44,615 nucleotides of DNA from Phycisphaerales bacterium. GTDB lineage: Bacteria; Planctomycetota; Phycisphaerae; SM23-33. The notes under the pieces were generated by a model. The model was not told where the DNA came from, searched no databases, and worked only from the letters and a program-made list of their open reading frames with translations. The position numbers and the translations under genes are program-made. The stretch lies in the NCBI GenBank assembly GCA_018645065.1, contig JABGPF010000007.1, positions 1 through 44,615 of the forward strand, given 5' to 3'. Of this stretch, positions 26,501 to 36,100 are shown piece after piece (within the stretch, counting starts at the first letter, position 1; every line of letters starts with the position of its first letter).

Positions 26501-29500
26501 CGCATCGCAAACGCTAACCACAACAGACAACATTACCTGGACGCTCGGCGGACTCAGCACAGTTACAAACCTCAGCGGGGAATATTCGCTTTCGCTGACG
26601 GCGTTGGGCTCAGGGATCACCGACACCGAAACCACGCCCCAGGCGCTGATAGTAGGCGCAGCCGAGACGTGGGCAAGCGATCTTGACGCGCCGACGGCCG
26701 ATATTATCGACGTGACGCCCGATCCGCACGCAACTGCCGTAGCTACGATAGATATCGAGTTCACCGAAGCTGTCAGCGGTATGGACATTACCGATCTTGC
26801 CCTCACGCTCGATGGCGGGGCGAACCTGCTTACCGGCGCCGAAACGCTGACAACCGGTGATAACGTAACCTGGACGCTCGGCGGTCTGGGCGGTTTAACT
26901 ACGATTGAGGGCGAATATACGCTAACGCTTACCGCCAGTGCTTCGGGCATTCAAGACGCAGCGGGCAATTTGCTTGCTATAGACGCTTCGGAGGTCTGGA
27001 CGACTTCCGGCGTGGCGCCCACCGCCGATATCACCGACGTAACGCCCGACCCGAGCGTGAACGCTGTTGACGAAATCGAGATCGTTTTCAGCGAACCGGT
27101 CACCGGTCTGGATATTACCGATCTTACTCTTGAGCTTGACAGCGGGGCGGTTGCGTTTGGCGGAACCGAAACGCTGACGACAACTGACAACATTACCTGG
27201 ACTCTCGGCGGTCTGGCGGCGCTAACGGTTGTCGATGGAACATATCTGCTTACACTTACCGCTGCCGGCTCGGACATTCAAGACGCTGCTGCCAACGCAC
27301 TGGCCAGCGACGCGACTGATACGTGGATCAAGTACACGCCCACCGGCGGATGGGTCGCGTTTAACGATCATATCGCAGGACCGGGCACGCACGTTAACAC
27401 AACGTCATACGCAGGAAACGGCACCGCGTCGGGCCAGTTGAAGAACATTGACACCGGCGTGAACGTTGGCGTTGTTCTGACTACGTCGGACTCCGGCGCG
27501 GTTTACGATAACAATGGCGAGAGCCCGGCGGTTGGAACTGACGCACACAATATTTTCAACACGTACGTGGACTTCACCGCAAGCACCGGCACGAGTATAG
27601 AAATCGCCGGGACCAACTCGTACACCCACGCCTTCTCGAGTCTGGACATCGGCGACGCATACACCTACGACTTCGACGGTACGATGATTCGCGGAAACGC
27701 GGCGTACAATGATCGCTGGACCACCGTTACGCTGGTTGGCGCCGATGCATCGGTAGCAAACCACAGTGCCGGGTCAGGCGTTGTGGTTATCAGCCCGACG
27801 CAAGTGGCGATCCTGGTTGGTTCGAACATCGACGAAGGCGTTGTGGCTGGATGGACCGGTATCGATCCGGGCGCCGATGGTGAATTCCAGATCGTATCGA
27901 CACATTACACCGGCGCCACTCCGGGCGTCGGCACGGGAACCGCCGTTGGGAACAAAACCTACGCGATCGGCGGAATTCGTCTGGCAGAGGTGCAGGTGGT
28001 TCAGGCTCCGGTCGCTCCGCCGGTTACGGCTCCGCTACCGGCCGCCGCGCCGGGCGATGAAGGGTTCGTAGCATACAACGATCACATTCCGAGCTATGGC
28101 GGCGCCACGCACGCCAACACGACCGACTACTCAGCCATGAGCGGCGAGGTGGCTTCGGGGTTATTGAAAAACATCGCAGACGGAACCGACACCACCGTTA
28201 CTCTGACGGTTACCGACGCCGGTATTCACTACGCCGGCGGCGCTGGCGATCCGGCTGCGGGCACCGACGCTTACAATATTTTCAACGGATATGTGGACCT
28301 CGGCGCGGCGACCGGCGGCAGTATCGAAGTGTCTGGCGCTGATCATTACACTTATACGTTCTCAGGGTTGGATATCGGCGATCTGGTGACGTACAACTTT
28401 GACGGCACGGCCGTTCGCGCCAATAGTGCGTATGCTAATCGCTGGACGCTGGTCACGCTCCAGGGCGCTGACGGATTCCTGGCCAGCCACAGCACGGGCA
28501 TCGGCGTGGTCACCAGCGATGTCAACCCGGCGCTCGGAGTCAATCAGGTGGCGATCTGGACCGGGCACAACAGTACAGGCGTCCAGGGCTTTGTAGCCGG
28601 TTGGACAGAAATTGACCCAGGCGCCGACGGCGTGTTCACCGTTGTCTCCGAGCAGTACCAGGGCGTTACGCCCGGTGTGGGCACCGGGGATTCGAGCGGT
28701 GGGGACAAGGGATACGGAATTACCGGTATCAGGTTAGAGGAAGTCGCTCCAAGCGGTCCGCAGTCGTGGTTGAAACGCGTAGGCGACACCGACGCCGACA
28801 CAGGCGACAACTTCCGTAGAAGCGCCTCAGACAGCAAAGGCGTCCAGAACCCCGATATGACAGTCCCGTTCGGCTCGGTTCTACCTACTGAGCAGGGCAT
28901 CGGTTTCAGCGATAACCAAGCCGAGTTCGATTCGATTATCGCAACCGATGTGGGCGACACGATGCAGGGGGTTAACGCCTCACTGTTCAGCCGCATCGAG
29001 TTTGCCTCCGGTCCGCTGGACGCATACGACACGCTTACGCTGCGAATGAAATATGACGACGGGTTCATCGCGTATCTTAACGGTACGGAAGTCGCCCGCC
29101 GCAACGCCGACAATCCCCTGGCCTGGAACACCGAGGCCTCGGGCCAGCGAGACAACACCCAGGCGGTTATCTTCGAAGAGATCGACATCTCGGCGCACCT
29201 GGACAAGGTGATCGACGGGGTCAATGTTCTTGCGATTCACAGTATGAACGTAACTGCCGGCGATGCGGATCTGATCATGCAGACCGAACTGCTGGCCAGC
29301 CGCGGAGAGTTGGACCCGGGCCTGAGCCTGGAAGCCGGTTTGAACCGCGTAACTGTTGAAGCGTTTTCCGGCCCGGACGGGACGGGCGAGCTTCTCGATA
29401 GTACGCACATTGACATTTGGAACGACGTGGGCCCGACTCATGTTTATCCTCAAGCAGGCGGTGGTGGAGTTTCGGCTCCGGTCAGCGCGAAGTTGGTGGT

Positions 29501-32500
29501 TCGCGACAGTTACCTGCCCGGCGTGCCGGTGCTGGTTCGTGTTGAGGCACTGGACGCAACAGGTGAAATCTGCCGCGACCTCTGGGACGCGACGGTGACC
29601 TTGTCGGCTGACAGCGGCGTGCAAATGGACGTCAGTGCGATCACGATGTACAACGGTATGGGCAGCGTGCTCGTTACGTTCACCGGTGGAACGGGCGATT
29701 TCCAGTTGACTGCCAGCGTGGACGGTTTGCCCTTGCAGGATGCCGATGATCTGACGGTGTTGGACCCGGCTTCGGCGACATCTATCAGTGGTGACTTGAG
29801 TTTGATTGACGCTGGTGGGGTATCGAACTGGAGCGGGATCTACCACGTGACCGGCGATCTGCTCGTACCGGACGGGCACACGCTTAATGTCGCAGCCGGT
29901 ACGCTGGTGTTGATCGACGGAAACCCAACGCTGCTCAGCACTGACGGCGTGGACATTGACATTCAGGGCGTTATAAATTCGCAGGGCACTGAAGCTCAGC
30001 CCGTAACGTTCACTGCTTTTGACTCGGCTGCTAAGTGGGGCGAAATGCACCACGACGGTTCCGAGGCCTCGACGTACAGTTACACGAATATCACGCTGGC
30101 GGGGCATTCGCCTCGCGGCGGGCACACCAATACGGGTCCGGCGTTGCGGTCGGGCGGCGGTTCGATTATCACTTTCGATCATTCATCCATTACTGATCTG
30201 GGGGGCAAAGTCGGGCAGATAAACGATTCGGAACTGGTGTTCCAAGATACGCTGCTGTCGCGTGCGGCTATGGGTCCGGAGTTCGATCATTCCGGCCTGC
30301 TGTTCCAGGACAGTTTCATTATCGATATGTTGGGTCAATATCGTGAAGACGGTATCACCGACGATGACGACGGAATCTATCTGCACGCAGCCGGAGCTGG
30401 TCAGACTATCGAACTGATCCGAAGCGTTATCGCTCACGGGGAGGATGATGGTGTCGATACGGCTTCGTCGACCGTTCTCGTTAAGGATACGATCATTCGA
30501 GATTATACGGACAAGGGCATCAGCGTTTCCGGCGGTGACACCACCGTGGAACACGCGATTATTGTTGGTAATAATATCGGTATGGAGGTCAAGAGCGGCG
30601 GCGCGACCGGGATTGTCAATAATTCCACGGTAGTCGACAATGTTAATGGGTTGCGGTTGCTGAGTTCGGCGTCGGCTTTGACGGTCAACAGTTCTATTGT
30701 TCATGGAACGAGCGATTCGCTCTACGCCGATATTCCCGCCGCCGCGGTTGTCACGTACAGCAACATCGGCGAGACATGGGCCGGGACGGGCAACATTAAT
30801 GAGGACCCGATGTTCGTTGACCCGGCCGCCGGGGATTACAGTCTCCAGGCCGATTCGCTGTCGATCGACGCCGGCGACCCAGCCGATCCGCTTGATACAA
30901 ACGGCAGCACTATCGATCAGGGTTACTACACCAACCAACCGTACCTTACCGGTCCGGTGACAGGCGAACTTGCCGGCGATACGATCTGGAGCCCGGAAAA
31001 CGGGCAGTATCGCATAACCGGCGATCTTACGGTTCCTGCTGGGATTACGCTTACGATCATGCCGGGCACAACGGTGTTCTTTGGCCAGGGCGCGCAGCTT
31101 ATTGTTGAAGGTCGCCTGGCGGCTGAAGGCCTGCCCGAGGCGAATGTTTACTTCGCGCCGGCTCCCAACGTGACTGACTGGGAAGGCATTCACTTTGTTA
31201 ACACCACCGCTGACAACCGCATCACGCATGCGATTCTTCAGGGTTCGACGCGCACCGACGGAATGGTCGAGCTGGACAACTCCCGTGCGACGATTGAAAA
31301 CTCGGTGTTTGAAAACGCCGACCGACGCCGGATCACCGCGATTAATTCGTCGCTGATTGTGCGTAACTCGACGTTCGCAGATTTTGATGTCTCCGGTACG
31401 CCCGAGAACAACGTTCTTGAGCACATCTGGGGCCGGAACGTAATTGCCGGCGGGGAAATGATCATCGAAAACAACGTGTTCGGTGTAACGCCGGGCCATA
31501 ACGACGCGATCGATTTCGACGCCGGGCACCGCCTCAGCGGCGACCCGGTCCCGCAGATTCTCAACAATACGTTCAACGGCGGCGGCGACGACGCACTGGA
31601 TATCGAAGGCGACTTCTACGTTCAGGGCAACGTGTTTAAGCATTATCGAAAAGACGCATACCACGCTGCGGTCGACAGCGGTGAATCGAACGTGATATCC
31701 GCGGGCGATACTCACAATGTCGGGCACCATTACGTGGTTACGGGCAACGTGTTCTACGATTGCGATCACGTAACGCTCGTCAAAGAATCCTCGTTCATGA
31801 CGTTCACCAACAACACCGTTGTCGGTGTTGACCAGGGCGCGCACGCCAATTCGATAGGCGCGATTAACTTTGACCTCGCAGCCGGCGAGCCAGAAGGGCG
31901 CGGAGCCTACCTCGACGGAAATATTTTTGTAAACACCCCGCTGGTCTTCAACTATCTCGATACCGGCGCGGTGGCGACTGATCTTACGGTTAACCGCTCG
32001 ATTCTGCCGGCTGGGGAGCATTATGGCGGTGCGGGCAATATCGACGCCGATGCGCGTCTTACCGATCCGGCAGGCGGCGACTTTACGCTGAAGTCCGGTT
32101 CGCCGGCGTTTGGCTCCGGACCAGTTGGCGTGGACATGGGCGCAGACGTCGCCCCCGGCGCGTCAGTATCGCCGGTCCCGCTGACAGAAACTTATCTCAC
32201 CGACGCGACGTTCGACGTGTCCGGTGATGGCGATTATCATCACGCACCGTTCCTGGCTTACAAGTATCGCCTGAACGGCGGAGCATGGAGCGCCGAGCAG
32301 GCTCCCGGTACGCAGATCGTGCTTACCGGTTTGGTCGACGGGCCTCAATCGCTGGAAGTTATTTCGCAAAACTTCGCGGGCGTATGGCAGGTGGAAACCG
32401 AAGCGGTTACGCGACTCTGGCTGGTCGACACCGCACTGTCGCGCGTGCTGATAAACGAAGTGCTGGCAACTAATCGCACTGCACACATGCACGACGCCCG

Positions 32501-33173
32501 CAGCCTCGACGTGATCGAACTGTACAACGATTCGCTTGCGACTGTCGCCGATCTGTCCGGCTGGTCGATCAGCGACAACGTTGATCTGCCGCAGAAGTTC
32601 GTGTTCCCCGCCGGCACCACGATCGCGCCGGGCGCTTACCTCACGCTTTATGCGGGCGATCCTGATCCTCTTGTCGCGGTCACGGGCATTTACCTTGGCT
32701 TCCAGCTCGACGGCGACGGCGACGATGTGTCGCTCTACAACGCTTCGCAGACGCTCGTCGATTCGATTACCTTCGGTACGCAGATCGCCGACATGTCGAT
32801 CGGACGAACCGGTGCGACTCGCGACTGGTCGCTAACTCACCCGACTATCGGAGCAGCGAATATCGCCCAGGCGACCGTCGATCCGGACCTAGTCCTGATC
32901 AACGAATGGTTCGCAAACGGCGACGAAGTGCTCATCGACGATTTTATCGAGCTGCACAATCCCGATACGCTGCCGGCCGATATTTCCGGGATTTACGTGA
33001 CGGACAATCCCGCCAATCAGAAGACAAAGCACCAGTTGGCGCCGCTGAGTTTCATTGACGCTGAAGGGTTTGTCGCGCTGACCGCCGATTCGCGAAACGA
33101 CGCCGGTCACGTCGACTTCAGGCTCCGCACGGACATGGAAATTCTCGGCCTGTTTGATTCGAATGTCGTTTAG
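23517..33173 (+). CDS. Giant secreted LTD/CotH/parallel-beta-helix protein: N-terminal 3218 codons of a single interrupted gene
   Basis: GGAG lies 7 nt upstream of ATG 23517. N-terminus MSRRHTDGDNNLVLLEQLEPRLLLAAD (LEPR-x-LL type). Lamin-tail domains: IISEIMYQD..EFIELYNRGDAPADLLGWRI, LLITELG..FVELQNVS, VLINEVLA..VIELYNDS, LVLINEWF..FIELHNPD. CotH-like block: MRNRGNGSR...GDLYKC...YAMYQG...VPYDLDTVLG. Tandem Ig-like and 220-aa modules. Beta-helix repeats: NSTVVDNVNG, NSSIVHGTSD. It ends at the in-frame TAG 33171-33173. Confidence 0.9.
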   Translation: MSRRHTDGDNNLVLLEQLEPRLLLAADVIISEIMYQDFTDVDNSLPEDFGEEFIELYNRGDAPADLLGWRIDSGVDFDFPDVTIGAGEYLVIPADPDVFATNYPTVTNYINAGWTGHLSNSGETIDLQDELGVTVDKVDYADEGDWAVRQWVADEAYGFGYDWSGLHDGGGHTLELINPAITNNNGQNWSASLVVGGSPGAVNSVYDDNIAPLISKVGHTPIIPTATDDVTVVAKVQDELTTGLVVELHYRDDGDPEFTTVTMYDDGLHNDGDLGDGIYGVDLPARPDGTIVEFYVQATDADSNSRNWPGPVTDKGQTANCLYQVDDSFTGDWTPGDQPVFRAILTAVEWDELDWIEDNQRWSNAERNVTFVSVNGAGVDVIYQAGMRNRGNGSRTTVPHNQHISIPSDDLWNGVQDVTINARVPQSQAIGSAVFRYADIAAIDTIPIELQINGTNYAPGSRYYRYNWLEALDGDMAANHWPDDSSGDLYKCNDSNGGGTEADLDYDGEDPANYNIAYAKQTNVAVDDYSGLINMLQVLNHAPAETYLQDVAAVVNIDQWLRFLAVDTLLANGEGGLTSGRGDDYAMYQGVNDPRFELVPYDLDTVLGTGSQSQIGDSIWDYRGAGLNGLSRLLSQPEVIQKYYAVLLELCDTVFSPEQIDPLIDEVLGGWVTAGEIEDIKQFAVARVANVRGQVNDNVLSVSSSLPTSGDYPRTTNGTVGLTGTASGAYVRSIKVDGKLAVWDQEAGTWYFDDGSSSYQEQLLVSSDSGVTYHVPTAGDDPLAWTQVAFDDSGWVDSISLDAAGLLITELGTGDTKFVELQNVSDAAVDTTGWRVLLNDSSGGIDAVNATAWSLPASVGASEVLYQTDSAADNYLGASIDWAAEGPGWVMIIDASGQVRDFAAWGYTAVEIAAMDISFDTFASITVGDEWSGDGAAVGTVGPGAEAPTVDITDITPDPNNTIIDAVEIVFSKAVTGFEIADLTLTRDGGANLLTASQTLTTTDNITWTLGGLSTVTNLSGEYSLSLTALGSGITDTETTPQALIVGAAETWASDLDAPTADIIDVTPDPHATAVATIDIEFTEAVSGMDITDLALTLDGGANLLTGAETLTTGDNVTWTLGGLGGLTTIEGEYTLTLTASASGIQDAAGNLLAIDASEVWTTSGVAPTADITDVTPDPSVNAVDEIEIVFSEPVTGLDITDLTLELDSGAVAFGGTETLTTTDNITWTLGGLAALTVVDGTYLLTLTAAGSDIQDAAANALASDATDTWIKYTPTGGWVAFNDHIAGPGTHVNTTSYAGNGTASGQLKNIDTGVNVGVVLTTSDSGAVYDNNGESPAVGTDAHNIFNTYVDFTASTGTSIEIAGTNSYTHAFSSLDIGDAYTYDFDGTMIRGNAAYNDRWTTVTLVGADASVANHSAGSGVVVISPTQVAILVGSNIDEGVVAGWTGIDPGADGEFQIVSTHYTGATPGVGTGTAVGNKTYAIGGIRLAEVQVVQAPVAPPVTAPLPAAAPGDEGFVAYNDHIPSYGGATHANTTDYSAMSGEVASGLLKNIADGTDTTVTLTVTDAGIHYAGGAGDPAAGTDAYNIFNGYVDLGAATGGSIEVSGADHYTYTFSGLDIGDLVTYNFDGTAVRANSAYANRWTLVTLQGADGFLASHSTGIGVVTSDVNPALGVNQVAIWTGHNSTGVQGFVAGWTEIDPGADGVFTVVSEQYQGVTPGVGTGDSSGGDKGYGITGIRLEEVAPSGPQSWLKRVGDTDADTGDNFRRSASDSKGVQNPDMTVPFGSVLPTEQGIGFSDNQAEFDSIIATDVGDTMQGVNASLFSRIEFASGPLDAYDTLTLRMKYDDGFIAYLNGTEVARRNADNPLAWNTEASGQRDNTQAVIFEEIDISAHLDKVIDGVNVLAIHSMNVTAGDADLIMQTELLASRGELDPGLSLEAGLNRVTVEAFSGPDGTGELLDSTHIDIWNDVGPTHVYPQAGGGGVSAPVSAKLVVRDSYLPGVPVLVRVEALDATGEICRDLWDATVTLSADSGVQMDVSAITMYNGMGSVLVTFTGGTGDFQLTASVDGLPLQDADDLTVLDPASATSISGDLSLIDAGGVSNWSGIYHVTGDLLVPDGHTLNVAAGTLVLIDGNPTLLSTDGVDIDIQGVINSQGTEAQPVTFTAFDSAAKWGEMHHDGSEASTYSYTNITLAGHSPRGGHTNTGPALRSGGGSIITFDHSSITDLGGKVGQINDSELVFQDTLLSRAAMGPEFDHSGLLFQDSFIIDMLGQYREDGITDDDDGIYLHAAGAGQTIELIRSVIAHGEDDGVDTASSTVLVKDTIIRDYTDKGISVSGGDTTVEHAIIVGNNIGMEVKSGGATGIVNNSTVVDNVNGLRLLSSASALTVNSSIVHGTSDSLYADIPAAAVVTYSNIGETWAGTGNINEDPMFVDPAAGDYSLQADSLSIDAGDPADPLDTNGSTIDQGYYTNQPYLTGPVTGELAGDTIWSPENGQYRITGDLTVPAGITLTIMPGTTVFFGQGAQLIVEGRLAAEGLPEANVYFAPAPNVTDWEGIHFVNTTADNRITHAILQGSTRTDGMVELDNSRATIENSVFENADRRRITAINSSLIVRNSTFADFDVSGTPENNVLEHIWGRNVIAGGEMIIENNVFGVTPGHNDAIDFDAGHRLSGDPVPQILNNTFNGGGDDALDIEGDFYVQGNVFKHYRKDAYHAAVDSGESNVISAGDTHNVGHHYVVTGNVFYDCDHVTLVKESSFMTFTNNTVVGVDQGAHANSIGAINFDLAAGEPEGRGAYLDGNIFVNTPLVFNYLDTGAVATDLTVNRSILPAGEHYGGAGNIDADARLTDPAGGDFTLKSGSPAFGSGPVGVDMGADVAPGASVSPVPLTETYLTDATFDVSGDGDYHHAPFLAYKYRLNGGAWSAEQAPGTQIVLTGLVDGPQSLEVISQNFAGVWQVETEAVTRLWLVDTALSRVLINEVLATNRTAHMHDARSLDVIELYNDSLATVADLSGWSISDNVDLPQKFVFPAGTTIAPGAYLTLYAGDPDPLVAVTGIYLGFQLDGDGDDVSLYNASQTLVDSITFGTQIADMSIGRTGATRDWSLTHPTIGAANIAQATVDPDLVLINEWFANGDEVLIDDFIELHNPDTLPADISGIYVTDNPANQKTKHQLAPLSFIDAEGFVALTADSRNDAGHVDFRLRTDMEILGLFDSNVV
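26355..27340 (+). repeat. Three tandem ~330-bp coding repeats (Ig-like ~110-aa modules) inside the megaprotein gene
   Basis: Units start at about 26355, 26688 and 27014. Each encodes APT(V/A)DI(T/I)D(I/V)TPDP....I(E/D)I(V/E)F(S/T)..V(T/S)G..I.DL.LT.DGGANLL....TLTT.DN(I/V)TWTLGGL......G(E/T)Y.L.LTA..SGI.D. Confidence 0.85.
27345..28744 (+). repeat. Two tandem ~220-aa coding repeats of an unassigned module inside the megaprotein gene
   Basis: Copy 1 is 27345-27992 (GGWVAFNDHIAGPGTHVNTTSY...GGIRLAEV). Copy 2 is 28062-28744 (GFVAYNDHIPSYGGATHANTTDY...TGIRLEEV). Shared blocks: LKNI, AVGTDAxNIFNxYVD, FSxLDIGD, RWTxVTLxGAD, VAGWTxIDPGADGxF, TPGVGTG. Confidence 0.85.
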
Positions 33174-36100
33174 CTCGACCGGGTTTACTATCGCCCGCAA
33201 ACTGAAGACGTAAGTCAAGGCCGCACCGCCGACGGCAGCACGAACATCGAATTCTTCACTCTTCCGACACCTGGTCTCGGTAATGTGGCGTTCGGTTCGC
33301 AAGCTACGATCGTCGCTGAGGGCGACCCCAAGTACGTTCTGGTTCCTGACGTGAACACAGTTACAACCTGGCCTGCGGTTGATTTTGTGACCTGGCCGGA
33401 TGTTGGGTTCGACACCACCGGTTGGACATATTGGGACGGTTCACCCGGCGGCGTGGGGTACGATTCCGGTGACGGAGGTTACACTCCTCTTATCGGAGTA
33501 GATCTTATCGAAATGGATAATGTCAGCACGTCTGCTTACATTGCCTACCCGTTTACGTTTGACGGCGACCCGAACGGATTAACGAGCCTGTCGCTCAATA
33601 TCCGATACGATGACGGATTTGTGGCGTATCTCAACGGGCAGGAAATTCACCGTGAGATGTTCGACGCCGGGTCGACCCCTGCGTGGAATTCCACAGCTAC
33701 CGGCTCCCATGCCGATACTGCGGCGCTGAACCTGATAAGTTTCAACGTGTTGGACCACAAAGACGCCATGAATAACGGGGCGAACTTGCTGGCGATACAC
33801 GGGCTCAATGACACCGCGACCAGCAGCGACTTGCTGATCTCAGCCGAGCTGGTGGGCACGCTTCCGGGCTCGTTTGCGAATTTGATCGCAGTTCACAACG
33901 ATCTGCGAATCACCGAGATCATGTACAACCCCGCCGGTTCGGACGATAAGGAGTTCATCGAATTCCAGAACGTGGGGGCGGCGACTCTGGACTTAACGGG
34001 CGTTCGTTTGACTGACGGCGTTGAGTTTGTGTTCCCGGCGGTAACGTTGGCTCCGGGCGAATATATAGTTGTTGCGCGTGAGCTGGCTGAGTTCGAGGAC
34101 TTCTACGGCGCCGGTATCAATGCGATTGGCGATTATGTCGGTTCGCTGAGCAACGCCGGTGAGGACATTCTCCTGCAGATGCCCGGTATGCACGAAGCGG
34201 CGATTCTGCGATTCGATTATAACGACGCCTGGTATCCGGCCACCGACGGCGAGGGGGCTTCGCTGGTGATAGTTAACCCGCTGGGGCGGCGTGGTGACTG
34301 GGATCCGGCTGCAGGCTGGTTGCCCAGCGGAACTGCGGGCGGTTCTCCGGGCACGGGCGATGTTACGTCCGATATTACGCTCGGTTCGGTGGTCGTAAAC
34401 GAAGTGATGGCCCACACCGACGGCGGCGTGGAAGACTGGATCGAACTGCACAATACAACGGAAGGCGATATCGATATCAGCGGGTGGTTCCTCAGCGACG
34501 ATCCGAGCGATCTCGAAAAATTCGTGATACCTGACAATACGATCCTGATCGCCGGCGGTTATGTCGCGTTCAATGAAGTTACTCACTTCGGCACGACGGT
34601 CGATCCGGTTAACGGGTTTGCACTCAGCGAACTTGGCGACACGGTTATTATCTCGTCGAGCGATATCAATGGCGACATCAGCACGTACCGCAGCTTTGTG
34701 AGTTTCGCCGCCACAGCCAACGGCGTATCGCTCGGGCGTCACACCCTGAGCACAGGTGAGGTCGATTTCGTCGCGATGGAAACGCCTACTTACGCTGATG
34801 AGAATTCCGCGCCGTTAATCGGGTCGATGGTGATCGAAGAGATCATGTATAATCCCGACGGACCCGGCGGAGCCGAATACATCCTGATGAAGAACATTTC
34901 CGGTTCGATAGTTGAGCTGTACGACCCAGCCAATCCGACGAACACATGGCAAATCAGCGGCGGGGTGGAGTTCGTATTCCCGCAGGGCGTAACGGTCCAA
35001 CCGGGTCAGTTCGTGCTGATAACCAACGTTGACGCCGCTACGTATCTCGCCACGCGAACCGTTGGCGCCGATGTGCAGGTGTTCGGTCCGTTCACCGGAG
35101 CGCTAAGTAACGCTGGTGATACTATCACTGTTAACCGGCCTGGAGCGCCGGAGACAACACCTGTTCCGCTGGTTCCGCAGATCGCTGTCGAAACGATTAA
35201 ATTCAACGATTCGCTGCCCTGGCCCGAAGCGGCTGACGGCGACGGGCCGGCGCTGGCGAAACTGCCCGGCGCGATCGGCGAGTATGGGAACGATCCGATA
35301 AATTGGGGCGTTTCCGGCGGGCCGGCGATCACGATCAACCCACTGGTCACCACCGACCAGACACCCGAACTCACCGGTACCGTGAGCGATTCGCACCTGC
35401 TTTCAACGGTTACGGTAACCGTTAACGGTGTGGATTATATCGTGCCGATTGTTGGCGGGACCTGGACGCTTGCCGACGATGCGATAACCGCACCGCTGCC
35501 TGGCGGAGTGTACGATGTGGCGGTGTCGGGGTTCGATATCGCAGGTAACCTTGGTGCCGACAGCACCGCAGGCGAACTTAACGTGGACCTCGGACTCGGC
35601 GTTGTCGGTCGCGATGTGTTTTACAATAATTCCGCGTGGGACGGCGCCGGCGACAGTGCCGCAATTGACACCGGCAAGGCAGCGCTCCTGCCCGGCCAGT
35701 TGCCATCGAGCGTGAACTACACCAACTACTCCCGCGGTATTAACGGGATAATGGTCGATATCGACGGACTGACCGCCGCCGCACCCGCCGATTTCGCCAT
35801 ACGCATCAGCGACGCTGCTGGCGCCTGGATATCCGGCCCGGAGCCGACAGTAAACGTGCTGCCCGGACAGGGCGCAGGCGGTTCAGACCGCGTGGCGCTA
35901 ACCTGGGATGACGGAGCTATCGTTAACCGCTGGATCGAAGTGACCGTGCTCGCCACCGCCAACACCGGCCTGGACAGTGACGATCTGTTCTACTTTGCAA
36001 ATGCAACCGGTGATGTTGACGGCGACGGTGATGTTGACTCCGCCGATTTCAGCTCGCTGCTTGGCGATTTCGGGCAGGCCGGAGCATTGGGCGAGCTGAC

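Noticed and set aside
26234-32021. Long minus-strand ORFs inside the megaprotein gene: 26234-26950, 28544-29224, 28980-30182 (400 aa) and 30183-32021 (612 aa)
   Set aside because: They lie antisense to a frame with clear LTD, Ig-like and beta-helix domain signatures. Their translations are Arg/Val/Ala-rich with no motifs, starts with an RBS, or export signals. They are shadow ORFs.
33171-33173. Genome-wide amber (TAG) recoding or pyrrolysine as the explanation for the in-frame TAG
   Set aside because: TAG terminates at least five other well-supported genes in this window at sensible C-termini: 8557-11136, hipA, the SGNH hydrolase, and the two minus-strand genes ending at 11180 and 12138. No pyl-type genes are visible. 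Local mutation, sequencing error or local read-through are more parsimonious.
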